A stretch of DNA of 63,526 nt, taken from Chlorobiota bacterium (lineage in GTDB: Bacteria > Bacteroidota > Ignavibacteria > Kapaibacteriales > NICIL-2). Position numbers and translations under genes: made by a program. The stretch's first letter is position 1. Every line of letters starts with the position of its first letter. The stretch is taken from positions 1-63,526 of the forward strand of contig JAOAEV010000008.1 of assembly GCA_026416585.1 (NCBI GenBank), written 5' to 3'. The notes beneath the pieces were generated by a model. That model did not search any database and was not told the DNA's origin. It saw only the letters and a list, made by a program, of their open reading frames with translations. Positions 20,531 through 29,589 of this stretch are shown here, piece by piece.

Positions 20531-21119
20531 CGCTCAAAACCTCGACAAATTGTTCAACAAACTGAGAATCGAGTTCTTCGTAGGGGAATGTGGCAAGAGC
20601 AACAGCATCGGGGACGAGTGATTCTTCACGAGTGTTTTTTGACGAACTACGCACGTGCTCGCTCTGCTTAGGTGTTTTGCTGGCAACATTGGAAGGACTA
20701 TCAAGCGATTTTGAAGCAATAGTCGCCGTACGCTCGTCCCGTTGTTGTGGCGAAAAGCCATGTGTCTCGAGCGACGTGCGTTCAACTGTGCGACCAAGTG
20801 GACGGAGTGCAAGCGTCAGAACAACAGCCGTAGCGATCGAAGCTACAGCCACCGCCCACCAGCGGTAATGCATAAAAAAACGACGGCGGCGGGGAACAAG
20901 ATGCTCAGAGAGCACAGCACTGATGTTACGTGACTCCCACTGCAATTGCTGGCGAATGCGTTCCGCGGGTAATACCGCGAACACTGTGCGAAGGTGTTCT
21001 ACCTCGGCGCAAAGCTCCGGCGACAGCATGAGTGCCTCTTCGACAAGACGACGCTCAGTCTCATTAAGCAGGCCGGAGATATAGTCTGGAAGCAGCGAGC
21101 GTATGTATTCGGTATTCAT
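20514..21119 (-). CDS. Membrane-anchored anti-sigma factor (degenerate ZAS-type N-terminus)
   Basis: LLPDYISGLLNETERRLVEE N-terminus, one TM helix, ATGA overlap with the ECF sigma gene. Confidence 0.75.
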   Translation of the reverse strand: MNTEYIRSLLPDYISGLLNETERRLVEEALMLSPELCAEVEHLRTVFAVLPAERIRQQLQWESRNISAVLSEHLVPRRRRFFMHYRWWAVAVASIATAVVLTLALRPLGRTVERTSLETHGFSPQQRDERTATIASKSLDSPSNVASKTPKQSEHVRSSSKNTREESLVPDAVALATFPYEELDSQFVEQFVEVLSDVSYQ

Positions 21120-21721
21120 CGCTGTGCACCATTAGAAATGGGACGACCGAGCAACGCTGCAATCTTGCGAATAGCATGGTAGTAATTCGCTTTTAGGCCA
21201 CTGACGCTTGTTCCAAGGATGTCAGCAATTTCTTCGTAGCTTAATCCCTCCACGTACCGCAGATAAAACGTTTCGCGTTGTTTGGGTGGAAGCTTCGCAA
21301 GAATGCCATGGAAGAAATCAATAAATTCTCTGTCTTCCAACTCGCGATCGGGCAATGGCAACGTCGAGGGGAGTTCTTCGCCGCTCTCGACACAGCCGTC
21401 AAGAGGGACAAAACGCTTCCACCGCTTACGATATGACAAACACGTGTTGACAGTGATACGATAAAGCCACGTCTGGATCGAACTTTCTCCCTTGAAGCGT
21501 GGCAATGCTTGTAATGCACGGATAAAGGTCTCCTGTGCAACGTCGGCAGCATCATCTCGATTGCCATCGAGGTGGCGTAAAGCGATGCCATACACAAAAC
21601 GCTGATAGGTACGGATGAACCGTGATGCTGCTCGTTCACGATCGCCATCAGTCAGCTCCCGTAGGAGAGCGGTTTCTTCGGCTGTAAGCGCCATTGCGTG
21701 GGACGCCATTGTTGGGATCAT
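21116..21721 (-). CDS. ECF RNA polymerase sigma factor
   Basis: DAADVAQETF, TWLYRITVNTC, LPPKQRETFYLRYVEGLSYEEIADILG. Confidence 0.93.
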   Translation of the reverse strand: MIPTMASHAMALTAEETALLRELTDGDRERAASRFIRTYQRFVYGIALRHLDGNRDDAADVAQETFIRALQALPRFKGESSIQTWLYRITVNTCLSYRKRWKRFVPLDGCVESGEELPSTLPLPDRELEDREFIDFFHGILAKLPPKQRETFYLRYVEGLSYEEIADILGTSVSGLKANYYHAIRKIAALLGRPISNGAQR

Positions 21722-21745
21722 TAGTGCTATCGACTCACACGCTTT

Positions 21746-21772
21746 GACGCATCAGAAGCGTGGAAGGTTTAA
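21746..21772 (-). promoter_or_regulatory. Candidate ECF-sigma autoregulatory promoter
   Basis: Minus strand TTAAAC-N17-CGTC, 24 nt before the sigma ATG; resembles SigW/SigM-type AAAC...CGT promoters. Confidence 0.5.
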
Positions 21773-21789
21773 TGGCGGCCCCGTTCTAT

Positions 21790-22230
21790 CTACTCCATTT
21801 GCACGTCGGCAGCACGCTGCCCACCAGCCATCGCGACGATTTCGTCGTCGTAGTGATCGGCAATAATTGCCACGCTCATTACGGTTGTAACGAGCTCATT
21901 GCGATCGAGATTCGACGCGGTTACGGAGTGCGAAAAAACTATCGTGTCATCAAAAAGCAAACCGAAGCCACCAAGATGAATCTCTGCATTTTTTCGGAGG
22001 AGAAAGCGCATGAGCTGTTCGTCTATTGTCGCACCTGAGACCACGTGCGCCATACATTCGACGACGCACTCGATCTCGGTAAATGGACGGACCACAATGA
22101 TTACCTGGGTCGAGCCATGAGAGACAGCAAACGATCCGTTGGAGAAAGGAACATATTCGGGGAATGCATCACGGAGAATTGTCTCGACACGTTGTCGTGT
22201 TAACTCGATGAGTTCCTGTGGTGTCGTCAT
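21790..22230 (-). CDS. YbjN / CesT-like peptide-binding chaperone
   Basis: HGSTQVIIVV, LMRFLLRKNAEIHLGGF, IADHYDDEI...GGQRA pattern. Confidence 0.7.
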   Translation of the reverse strand: MTTPQELIELTRQRVETILRDAFPEYVPFSNGSFAVSHGSTQVIIVVRPFTEIECVVECMAHVVSGATIDEQLMRFLLRKNAEIHLGGFGLLFDDTIVFSHSVTASNLDRNELVTTVMSVAIIADHYDDEIVAMAGGQRAADVQME

Positions 22231-22263
22231 AATTGCTCTCCAGCAAGTAGTTGAAATATGTGG

Positions 22264-22959
22264 TTAGGATGGACTGTTCTCACCAGTACTCGATGGTAGC
22301 TGTCCGAGCGATGATTTCAGTTTGGCAAGTTCTTCTTCGACAGTCGCACTCGAACCAAGCAGTTTGAACTCTTGCTCAAGCGAAGTACTCTCGCCCGCCA
22401 ATTGCTCAAATGCTGTTGCTTCTGCCTCAAGTTGTTCGATTTTGCCTTCAAATTTATCGAACTTTGAAAATGCATCAGATCCAACGCCGCTGAATGCTTG
22501 GGCAATCTGCTTTTGTGCTTTTGCTGCTTGCGAACGCGCAATCAATGTACTTTGTCGTGCACGGGCTTCATCGAGTTTTGCCTTGAGCTGATCAAGTTGG
22601 GCACGAAGTTTTGCCGTTGTTTGTTTTGCCTGCTCATAAATGGGTTGCAGATCAGCAGCGTTGCGGTCCGCAACAGCTTTTTTCTCCAACGCTGCACGTG
22701 CCAAGTCTTCTCGATTTGCCTGCAACGCATGAACCGCTTTTTGCTGCCAGTCGCGTGATTGTTCCTGTGCTTTGAGGATTTTTCGTTCGAGGGACTTTTC
22801 GTTTGCAATAGCTTGTGCAACAGCAAGGGTAGCTTTATTGACCGACTCTTCCATTTCGATGACCATCTGCTTGAGCATTTTTTCTGGGTCTTCGGCGCGG
22901 TCGAGGGCGTCATTGACGTTGGCTTTGAAGATGTCGGCTATACGACGAAAAATACTCAT
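22264..22959 (-). CDS. pspA: PspA/IM30 (ESCRT-III-like) family protein
   Basis: MSIFRRIADIFKANVNDALDRAEDPEKMLKQ, REDLARAAL, VEEELAKLK; coiled coil. Confidence 0.93.
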   Translation of the reverse strand: MSIFRRIADIFKANVNDALDRAEDPEKMLKQMVIEMEESVNKATLAVAQAIANEKSLERKILKAQEQSRDWQQKAVHALQANREDLARAALEKKAVADRNAADLQPIYEQAKQTTAKLRAQLDQLKAKLDEARARQSTLIARSQAAKAQKQIAQAFSGVGSDAFSKFDKFEGKIEQLEAEATAFEQLAGESTSLEQEFKLLGSSATVEEELAKLKSSLGQLPSSTGENSPS

Positions 22960-22994
22960 AACCGCTTCTGTCTCGTGTGTTGACCAGTTCAGTT

Positions 22995-23002
22995 CAAAAC
23001 TA
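22995..23002 (-). promoter_or_regulatory. -7 promoter element upstream of pspA
   Basis: TAGTTTTG on the minus strand. Confidence 0.55.
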
Positions 23003-23013
23003 CGAACTAATAA

Positions 23014-23805
23014 TCACAGTCGGTATGCCCATGGACGACGGTCGGCGAAAATATCGTTGATTGAATTGAAAGATTTATTCCGCGTCCGCGTGGGTTCTAT
23101 TGGTGCGGTAGCAATTCCTTCCGTATCGGGCGGAAGTTCGGTAATTACCATGCCGTTATAATTATAAATTGCTGATCGCCCATTGAACGATAGCGTTTCA
23201 GTACCATCGGATTCGCTCCCGATGCGGTTGGCAACAGCAACGTACACTTTGTTTTCGAGTGCACGAACTGGCATCGCCATCCGCCAAACGTGAGTCACCA
23301 GATTTGATGGACATGCAATAACATCAGCACCCCCGAGTGCAAGTGTCCGTGCTGCCTCAGGAAAACGCCAGTCGTAACAGATCATTGTCCCGAGCCGCAC
23401 ATCAAGCCAGCTAAAGTCAAGCACAAAGAAGCCCGTATCTCCTTCGTCGAAGACAAATTGTTCACGATAGAATAGATGCGTCTTGCGGTAGTAGTGCCGC
23501 TCGCCGCGCGGATCAAACACGACAGCAGAATTGAATAGTCGAGAGCCATCCCGTTCAGGGAATCCCACAACAACGACTTTTTCCTGCCGCTTTGCAGTAT
23601 TCTCGAGTGCATTGAGAATAACAGAATTACGTTCGAGGGCGATCGCTTCCACCTGGTGGCGCGTTGTAAAAAAATAACCACTCAGCGCTAATTCAGGGAA
23701 CACAACCACCTCCGCCTCGGCACGGTCAAGCAGCGCACAAATTCGTTCGAGATTGATCTCGACTTCGCCGAATGCAGGGTGCATCTGTACAACTGCGAGA
23801 TTCAT
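23014..23805 (-). CDS. Carbon-nitrogen hydrolase (nitrilase superfamily)
   Basis: Glu-Lys-Cys triad in FPEL, YRKTHL, ICYDWRFPE; start moved to ATG 23805. Confidence 0.9.
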   Translation of the reverse strand: MNLAVVQMHPAFGEVEINLERICALLDRAEAEVVVFPELALSGYFFTTRHQVEAIALERNSVILNALENTAKRQEKVVVVGFPERDGSRLFNSAVVFDPRGERHYYRKTHLFYREQFVFDEGDTGFFVLDFSWLDVRLGTMICYDWRFPEAARTLALGGADVIACPSNLVTHVWRMAMPVRALENKVYVAVANRIGSESDGTETLSFNGRSAIYNYNGMVITELPPDTEGIATAPIEPTRTRNKSFNSINDIFADRRPWAYRL

Positions 23806-23888
23806 AAGCGGCGCTATAGAATTCAGGCGAAAAATACAGCAGCAATTTCCTAAGTTCGAGTGTGTTGCCCATCTGGAGACCAACGGCG

Positions 23889-24266
23889 ATGGATTCGAAT
23901 ATGCTCAATGCACTGCTCGTACTGCTCGCAGGGATAGCGTTCTTGGCAATTATCGCATTCATCCTCCGTCGGCTGGCAAGTGGTCGAGCTTCTACACACG
24001 GTTTGCCGATTCGAATTATATCCCGGCAACCGATCGGAGGCAAAGCCGCGCTCGTTGTCGCCGATGTTGGTGATAAACGGCTACTACTGGGAGTAACAGA
24101 ACATTCTGTCACCCTTCTTGCAACACTGGAACGTACCACGTCAAGTACCACGAGCAAAACAACAGCACCGAGAGTAACACCGGCCCCGCAAATGCACCCA
24201 CCATCGCCAGCGGAGCTGTCATTCCGTGCATATCTGGCTTCGATGTTTCAGCGGACAGAGAAATAA
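23889..24266 (+). CDS. fliO: FliO/MopB-like membrane protein
   Basis: N-terminal TM, then IISRQPIGGKAALVVADVGDKRLLLGVTEHSVTLL, the typical FliO beta domain. Confidence 0.7.
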   Translation: MDSNMLNALLVLLAGIAFLAIIAFILRRLASGRASTHGLPIRIISRQPIGGKAALVVADVGDKRLLLGVTEHSVTLLATLERTTSSTTSKTTAPRVTPAPQMHPPSPAELSFRAYLASMFQRTEK

Positions 24267-24301
24267 TCCATCGGCAGGGGCAAACCCACTGAGAAAGTTC
24301 G

Positions 24302-24309
24302 TAGTTTTG
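24302..24309 (+). promoter_or_regulatory. -7 promoter element upstream of mreB
   Basis: TAGTTTTG. Confidence 0.55.
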
Positions 24310-24381
24310 TGCCAGCCACTGTTGGCGCGCACGCACCCTGTTGGCATGGTGTGGTAGAGGACAGTTTTTTCCGCACGCTTC

Positions 24382-25404
24382 ATGAAATTTTCGTTTTTAT
24401 CGAACGACGTTGCTATTGATCTTGGCACCGCAAACACACTCGTGTGGATGAAAGGCAAAGGCATCGTTCTCAACGAGCCGTCAATTGTCGCATTCGACCG
24501 CACGACGAAAAACATTATCGCCGTTGGGCACGAAGCAAACGCGATGGTCGGCAAAACCCACAAGGATATTCGGACGATTCGCCCACTGAAAGATGGGGTC
24601 ATTGCCGATTTCGACATCGCCGAAGGGATGCTCCGAGCCTTCATTCGGAAGGTTTCGCAGTCGTGGCAGCCAGTTCGGCGTGTTGTGATCTGCGTCCCCT
24701 CAGGCATCACAGAAGTCGAAAAACGTGCAGTCCGTGACAGCGCAGAGCATGCTGGCGCTAAGGAAGTCTATCTAATCGCCGAACCGATGGCTGCAGCTAT
24801 TGGCGTAGGCTTGGACGTCCACGAACCTATTGGGAATATGATCGTGGACATCGGCGGTGGAACAACCGAGATTGCTGTCATTGCACTATCCGGCATTGTC
24901 AGCGACGAATCCATTCGCGTTGCCGGCGATGAGATGACTGATGCAATTGTACAGTACTTCAAACGCAAGCATAACATCCTGATCGGCGAGCGCACCGCAG
25001 AAATCATCAAACACGAAGTTGGCTCTGCCTATCCGATCGAGGAGGATGTGATCATCGAGGTCAAGGGACGTGATCTTCTTGAGGGCATTCCTCGTATGAT
25101 CGAGGTCAGTAGTGCCGACATTCGTGAAGCCCTCGAAGGAACAGTGCAACTGATTATTGACGCTATCATGAACCTTCTCGAGCGTACACCACCGGAATTA
25201 TCAGCAGATATCTTCGATCGTGGAATCATCTTGACTGGTGGAGGTGCCTTGCTCAAGGGTCTCGATGAACGTATCGCACGAGAAACACGCTTACCAGTTC
25301 ATGTCGCCGACGATCCACTCACTGCAGTCGCGCGAGGCTCAGGTCGAGTGCTCGAAAATCTCCCGGAATATGCTTCGGTGCTGCTCAAGTCGAAGCGGTA
25401 CTGA
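24382..25404 (+). CDS. mreB: Rod shape-determining protein MreB
   Basis: IDLGTANT, IRPLKDGVIADF, EPMAAAIG, DIGGGTTE, LTGGGALL. Confidence 0.98.
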   Translation: MKFSFLSNDVAIDLGTANTLVWMKGKGIVLNEPSIVAFDRTTKNIIAVGHEANAMVGKTHKDIRTIRPLKDGVIADFDIAEGMLRAFIRKVSQSWQPVRRVVICVPSGITEVEKRAVRDSAEHAGAKEVYLIAEPMAAAIGVGLDVHEPIGNMIVDIGGGTTEIAVIALSGIVSDESIRVAGDEMTDAIVQYFKRKHNILIGERTAEIIKHEVGSAYPIEEDVIIEVKGRDLLEGIPRMIEVSSADIREALEGTVQLIIDAIMNLLERTPPELSADIFDRGIILTGGGALLKGLDERIARETRLPVHVADDPLTAVARGSGRVLENLPEYASVLLKSKRY

Positions 25405-25410
25405 TGCGCC

Positions 25411-26265
25411 ATGCAACGGGTCGTCGAATGGCTTATCCGCTACCGTGAGCACGTCGTTACAACCCTTCTTTCGGTGATCGCTATATCACTAATGTCGTAT
25501 GGCAATGTCACGCAGTTAGGGGGCTTCCGCGCACTCATTATCGGTGGACTTGGAATGCTGCAAGAAGCATTTGCGTGGATACCAAACCCTGTCGCACTAC
25601 AGCGAGAGAATCGTGCGTTGCGCCAGATCAACATGGAACTATTGCAAGAAACGATGGTTCTTCGCCGAGCAGGAATTGAGAACGAGCAACTTCGCCGCAT
25701 GCTTGCACTTCGGCAGCAATCACGCTTACCACTATTGAGCGCATCAGTTATCGGTAAGACTGTTTTTCGCACGCGGCAATTCATTACAATTGATCGTGGC
25801 ACTACCAGTGGAGTACGCGTCGGCATGAACGTTATCACTGATGCAGGACTCGTCGGGACTATAGTTGGTGCAAGTAGCAATTACTCGATTGTCCAAACAC
25901 TTTTCAATCGCGATGTGCGCGTTAGTGCTCGTATAGTGTCAACACGCGATGAAGGTATCATTGTGTGGGATGGTTTCGAGTATCTTCTGGCACAGAACAT
26001 TCCAAAATCACATCGTGTCAATGTCGGCGATACCGTTGTAACCAGTGGATTAAGTACACGTTTTGTTCCAGAAATCCCCATTGGCATCATCCGGAGCGTG
26101 ATCAATGATCCCAACTCGATGTTCCATCGCATCACAGTCGAGCCGAATGTTGAATTTTGGCGGTTGGAGCAAGTATTCGTCATCATGCAGTTGCCACCGA
26201 CAGAGCACGCCGAGTTGGAGCGTTCACTCCAGAAATATATCGAACAGCGTATGAGGGGGAAATGA
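25411..26265 (+). CDS. mreC: Rod shape-determining protein MreC
   Basis: TM, coiled coil ENEQLRRML, ITIDRG...GLVG, GDTVVTSG, IPIG. Confidence 0.93.
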   Translation: MQRVVEWLIRYREHVVTTLLSVIAISLMSYGNVTQLGGFRALIIGGLGMLQEAFAWIPNPVALQRENRALRQINMELLQETMVLRRAGIENEQLRRMLALRQQSRLPLLSASVIGKTVFRTRQFITIDRGTTSGVRVGMNVITDAGLVGTIVGASSNYSIVQTLFNRDVRVSARIVSTRDEGIIVWDGFEYLLAQNIPKSHRVNVGDTVVTSGLSTRFVPEIPIGIIRSVINDPNSMFHRITVEPNVEFWRLEQVFVIMQLPPTEHAELERSLQKYIEQRMRGK

Positions 26266-26287
26266 GGTCCTTTTGGCAGGTGCTCAC

Positions 26288-26788
26288 ATGATCATGAAAG
26301 AGTACGGTCTCTACGCTGTTCTCGCACTGCTAACCATTCTGGTGAGCACGGTTGCCAGCAACTTACTCTCGGTGGGAGGAATCACTCCAGATCTGCTGTT
26401 GCTCGTGGTAGTTGCCGTTGCACTTACGAAAGGACAATTTGCAGCGATCATTTTCGGCTTTGCCAGCGGATTGATTTTCGATCTTATCTCGACCGATGTT
26501 GTTGGGTCGAACGCTCTCGTCAAAATGCTGGCTGGTTATGTAGCGGGTTTTTTCTGGCGGGAGGGTTCGACAGTATCTGAAAGCATTGGATCGCTTCGAT
26601 ACGTAACGGTCACCCTGTTGTGTGCTTTTGTGCACAATGCTGTGTACTACCTGTTGTACACCCGCCCGGCAGACATTCCATTTGTCGAGTTCTACTTGAA
26701 AAACGGTGTCGCTGCTGCACTCTATACAACAGCTCTCGCACTACTGCCCTATTTCTACGCATCGCGCCGGCGAGAGGAAGGTGCCTAA
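26288..26788 (+). CDS. mreD: Rod shape-determining protein MreD
   Basis: TPDLLLL, FGFASGLIFD; hydrophobic; follows mreC. Confidence 0.88.
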   Translation: MIMKEYGLYAVLALLTILVSTVASNLLSVGGITPDLLLLVVVAVALTKGQFAAIIFGFASGLIFDLISTDVVGSNALVKMLAGYVAGFFWREGSTVSESIGSLRYVTVTLLCAFVHNAVYYLLYTRPADIPFVEFYLKNGVAAALYTTALALLPYFYASRRREEGA

Positions 26789-27558
26789 AAATCACACCGA
26801 CGGAATATGCGCTCACCGCGGATTAACGGATAGGCAATCCAAACAGATACAATCACAGCTATCACCAAAATGCTGCGTTCGGAACTAAAAAAATCCCGCA
26901 AGACAGCACCTGTGATACCAAGAAGAGCCGCGGTATCCGAATGTAATAGGACTGCTATACGGATGGCGTCAATCGGGTTGAATGCTAACAAGAGCAACAA
27001 TGCTCTCTCGAATGGATATTCTTGCAGCAAAGCCATCAAAGAAACCAACAGGGCATCGTAGAACACCGCGCAGTACAGCCACACTAAGAGGGTCATACCC
27101 ACACCTTTAGCTTTATCTGGCTGCCCGACTGCAATACGATAGGCAAGCGCACCAAAACATAATGTAAGCACAAGCGCTGTTGTCCCAACAATGGCAACAT
27201 CATAATTCTGCCAAATGGCATAGGTAAATGTGAACGGAACTTCGCACACCACCGCTAATGCAGCGATATTCCCTACCCACTGTCCCCAATAGTATGCACC
27301 ACGCCCGATGGGCTGAGCAAGCATCAGTTCTGTGAACTCTCGATTATTGTAATATTCCATCGCCACAAGAACAAGCGTTACAAGCGGCACTACCAGCAAA
27401 CACAAACTAACAATAGATAACGTTACTTTTGATGGATCACCACCAAATAACGAAAGTGCAGCAACAATGAGAGTGATGCCTATACCGTATCCGATCACTG
27501 CTCGACTACGAATAGTACGCAAGAACGCAGAGCGCGCCAAAACCAGAGTTACTGCCAT
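26785..27558 (-). CDS. nosY: Nos ABC transporter permease
   Basis: EFTELMLAQPIGR, FNPIDAIR, ALLGITGA; last gene of the nos cluster. Confidence 0.85.
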   Translation of the reverse strand: MAVTLVLARSAFLRTIRSRAVIGYGIGITLIVAALSLFGGDPSKVTLSIVSLCLLVVPLVTLVLVAMEYYNNREFTELMLAQPIGRGAYYWGQWVGNIAALAVVCEVPFTFTYAIWQNYDVAIVGTTALVLTLCFGALAYRIAVGQPDKAKGVGMTLLVWLYCAVFYDALLVSLMALLQEYPFERALLLLLAFNPIDAIRIAVLLHSDTAALLGITGAVLRDFFSSERSILVIAVIVSVWIAYPLIRGERIFRRCDF

Positions 27559-28283
27559 AGGATTCCGTCTTGATTGAGATACCATGCAATTGCACCCATC
27601 AGACTTGTCGCAGCAGACCGCACCATCAGCGATGCAATCGTTTCGTCTATTCGTACAACGCCGTCATACAGATACACAACTCGGTCCGCTACTTCAAGTG
27701 CATCGTTCGGGCTATGTGTAGTAAGAACAATCGTTTTCCCCTGCCGCTTTTCTTGCACGATCTTCGATTTTATCAGCTCTGTCGAGATAGGATCAAGTCC
27801 AGCAGTGGGCTCATCGAGCAACAACAATGTTGGCGAAAAATAGAATGCTAACGCCGCACTGACTCGTTGACGCTGACCACCAGAGAGTGAGCCAAGCTGT
27901 TTTTCCTGCAGCATCTCTATTTGTAGTTGATTGTATAATTGGCGATCATATGTTGAGCAATCACTCCTAATCATCTCCAGCAGCTTGAATAGCTCTCGAA
28001 CGGTCATCGTTTCAGGGTATCGTGCAATCTGTGGCATATAGCCTATCGCATGGCGGAACTTCATCCCATTTTCGATATTGCTTTCACACCCAAAGAGACT
28101 AATCGTACCACGATCGGGACGAACAAGACCGACAATACATTTGATCAATGTGCTCTTCCCAGAACCGTTCGGACCCATCAATGCAACGACCTCGCCAGCA
28201 TGAAACTCGATACTCACGCCGCAGAGTGCTCGGTGTTTCCCATACTGTTTGAACAAATCAGTGACCGTCAGCGCGTCGTTCAT
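27549..28283 (-). CDS. nosF: Nos ABC transporter ATP-binding protein
   Basis: GPNGSGKST, LSGGQRQR, LLLDEPTAGLDP; between nosD and nosY. Confidence 0.88.
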   Translation of the reverse strand: MNDALTVTDLFKQYGKHRALCGVSIEFHAGEVVALMGPNGSGKSTLIKCIVGLVRPDRGTISLFGCESNIENGMKFRHAIGYMPQIARYPETMTVRELFKLLEMIRSDCSTYDRQLYNQLQIEMLQEKQLGSLSGGQRQRVSAALAFYFSPTLLLLDEPTAGLDPISTELIKSKIVQEKRQGKTIVLTTHSPNDALEVADRVVYLYDGVVRIDETIASLMVRSAATSLMGAIAWYLNQDGILWQ

Positions 28284-29589
28284 AGACACCGATACCATGA
28301 GTAGATAAACACATGGAGCTAACTTTCCACCGATATTGATTGCGCGTTGTCTTGGTTGCAATCGGCATCATACACGGTTTTCTATCAACCAACTGTACGG
28401 GAATGAGTGAAGGAATAGCTCGTTCCATATATGCAAGTAACTCTACGATAAAACTTCGCAGCAGCAGTACTGCCATCGGGATACGTTCGACAAGAATCGA
28501 GAATACCGAAACTGGGCGATACGGCACATCGCCATATCCATCATGATCGAGGTCATAGCCACGATACTGCTCCCAATAGTTACCATCACAATAGAACTCC
28601 GAGGAACTTGTATTGCTGAGAACATCAAACGTATTCGCGATAAAATCGTTGCTACAAACCGTATCGTCAGAGCAACTACCGAGTGCTTTCAATGCCCATC
28701 CGTTGGAATGAAAAATATTCGCTACAATCGTTGTTTGATTGGAACCTTCCATGTAGATACCGACTGTATTGCTGCGAAAGACATTACCAAAGACGGTGCT
28801 TCTCGATATATCCTTGAGCAATAATCCATAGCTACTTGGTCCCCAGTTATCAGCAAAAATGTTGGATTCCATCCGAACATGCTGAGAGTACATGACCGCT
28901 ACACCGGCACCATTCTGTTCAAATCGATTTTTCCGGTACACATTGCTATCGGAGAACATAAAATGCAAGCCATATCGCATATTGTTAGTGCTTATACACT
29001 CGGCAATATTGCAACCACGACTAAACTCGAAATAGAGACCGTCACGATGCTGTCGGATGTTACACTGTACAACTGTGCATGAGGGAGATTTCCACAAGTG
29101 AATGCCATTTCCTGATTGGGATTCCTTTGCACCTGTACCGATGGCGTTGATATTTTCGACCCGACAATTTGCTGACCGATACAGTATAACGCCAAAGGCA
29201 CAATGTTGTGTTGCGACGTCCTGGATTGTACTGTTGTAGCTATCAAGGAGCAGGATTCCTGCACGATCCTCGACTGCAGAATATCCTGTGTTTGCGATCA
29301 CGATTCCACGTATATGAACAGATGCACCTGATATAGTGAGCACCGTCCCTCTACCATCCCCATCGAGTACAGGACGATTCCTGCCAATGATGATAAGAGA
29401 TTTCGATATCGTCGCGTGGGTATTTCGGTACAATCCACTTTCAATGAAGATAGTATCGCCCGCCTGTGCACGCGCAACAGCATCCTCAACACTTTGCACC
29501 TGGCATTGAGCACAAACACGGAGAACGTCCGCTTTGATGCTACATGTGCAGACAACAACAAGAAGAAGCGCCCAATACACTGTTCTCAA
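28258..29589 (-). CDS. nosD: Nitrous oxide reductase maturation protein NosD
   Basis: Beta-helix repeats; GNGIHLW, RDGLYFEF, RYGLHFMFS, GNYW...GYDLDHDGYGDVPYRP. Confidence 0.95.
   Translation of the reverse strand: MRTVYWALLLVVVCTCSIKADVLRVCAQCQVQSVEDAVARAQAGDTIFIESGLYRNTHATISKSLIIIGRNRPVLDGDGRGTVLTISGASVHIRGIVIANTGYSAVEDRAGILLLDSYNSTIQDVATQHCAFGVILYRSANCRVENINAIGTGAKESQSGNGIHLWKSPSCTVVQCNIRQHRDGLYFEFSRGCNIAECISTNNMRYGLHFMFSDSNVYRKNRFEQNGAGVAVMYSQHVRMESNIFADNWGPSSYGLLLKDISRSTVFGNVFRSNTVGIYMEGSNQTTIVANIFHSNGWALKALGSCSDDTVCSNDFIANTFDVLSNTSSSEFYCDGNYWEQYRGYDLDHDGYGDVPYRPVSVFSILVERIPMAVLLLRSFIVELLAYMERAIPSLIPVQLVDRKPCMMPIATKTTRNQYRWKVSSMCLSTHGIGVYERRADGH

Noticed and set aside
24275-24300. AGGGGCAAACCC...GAAAG resembling the start of a c-di-GMP-I riboswitch, downstream of fliO
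   Set aside because: The conserved GACGCAAAG segment and P2 pairing are missing, and it lies upstream of the mreB promoter element
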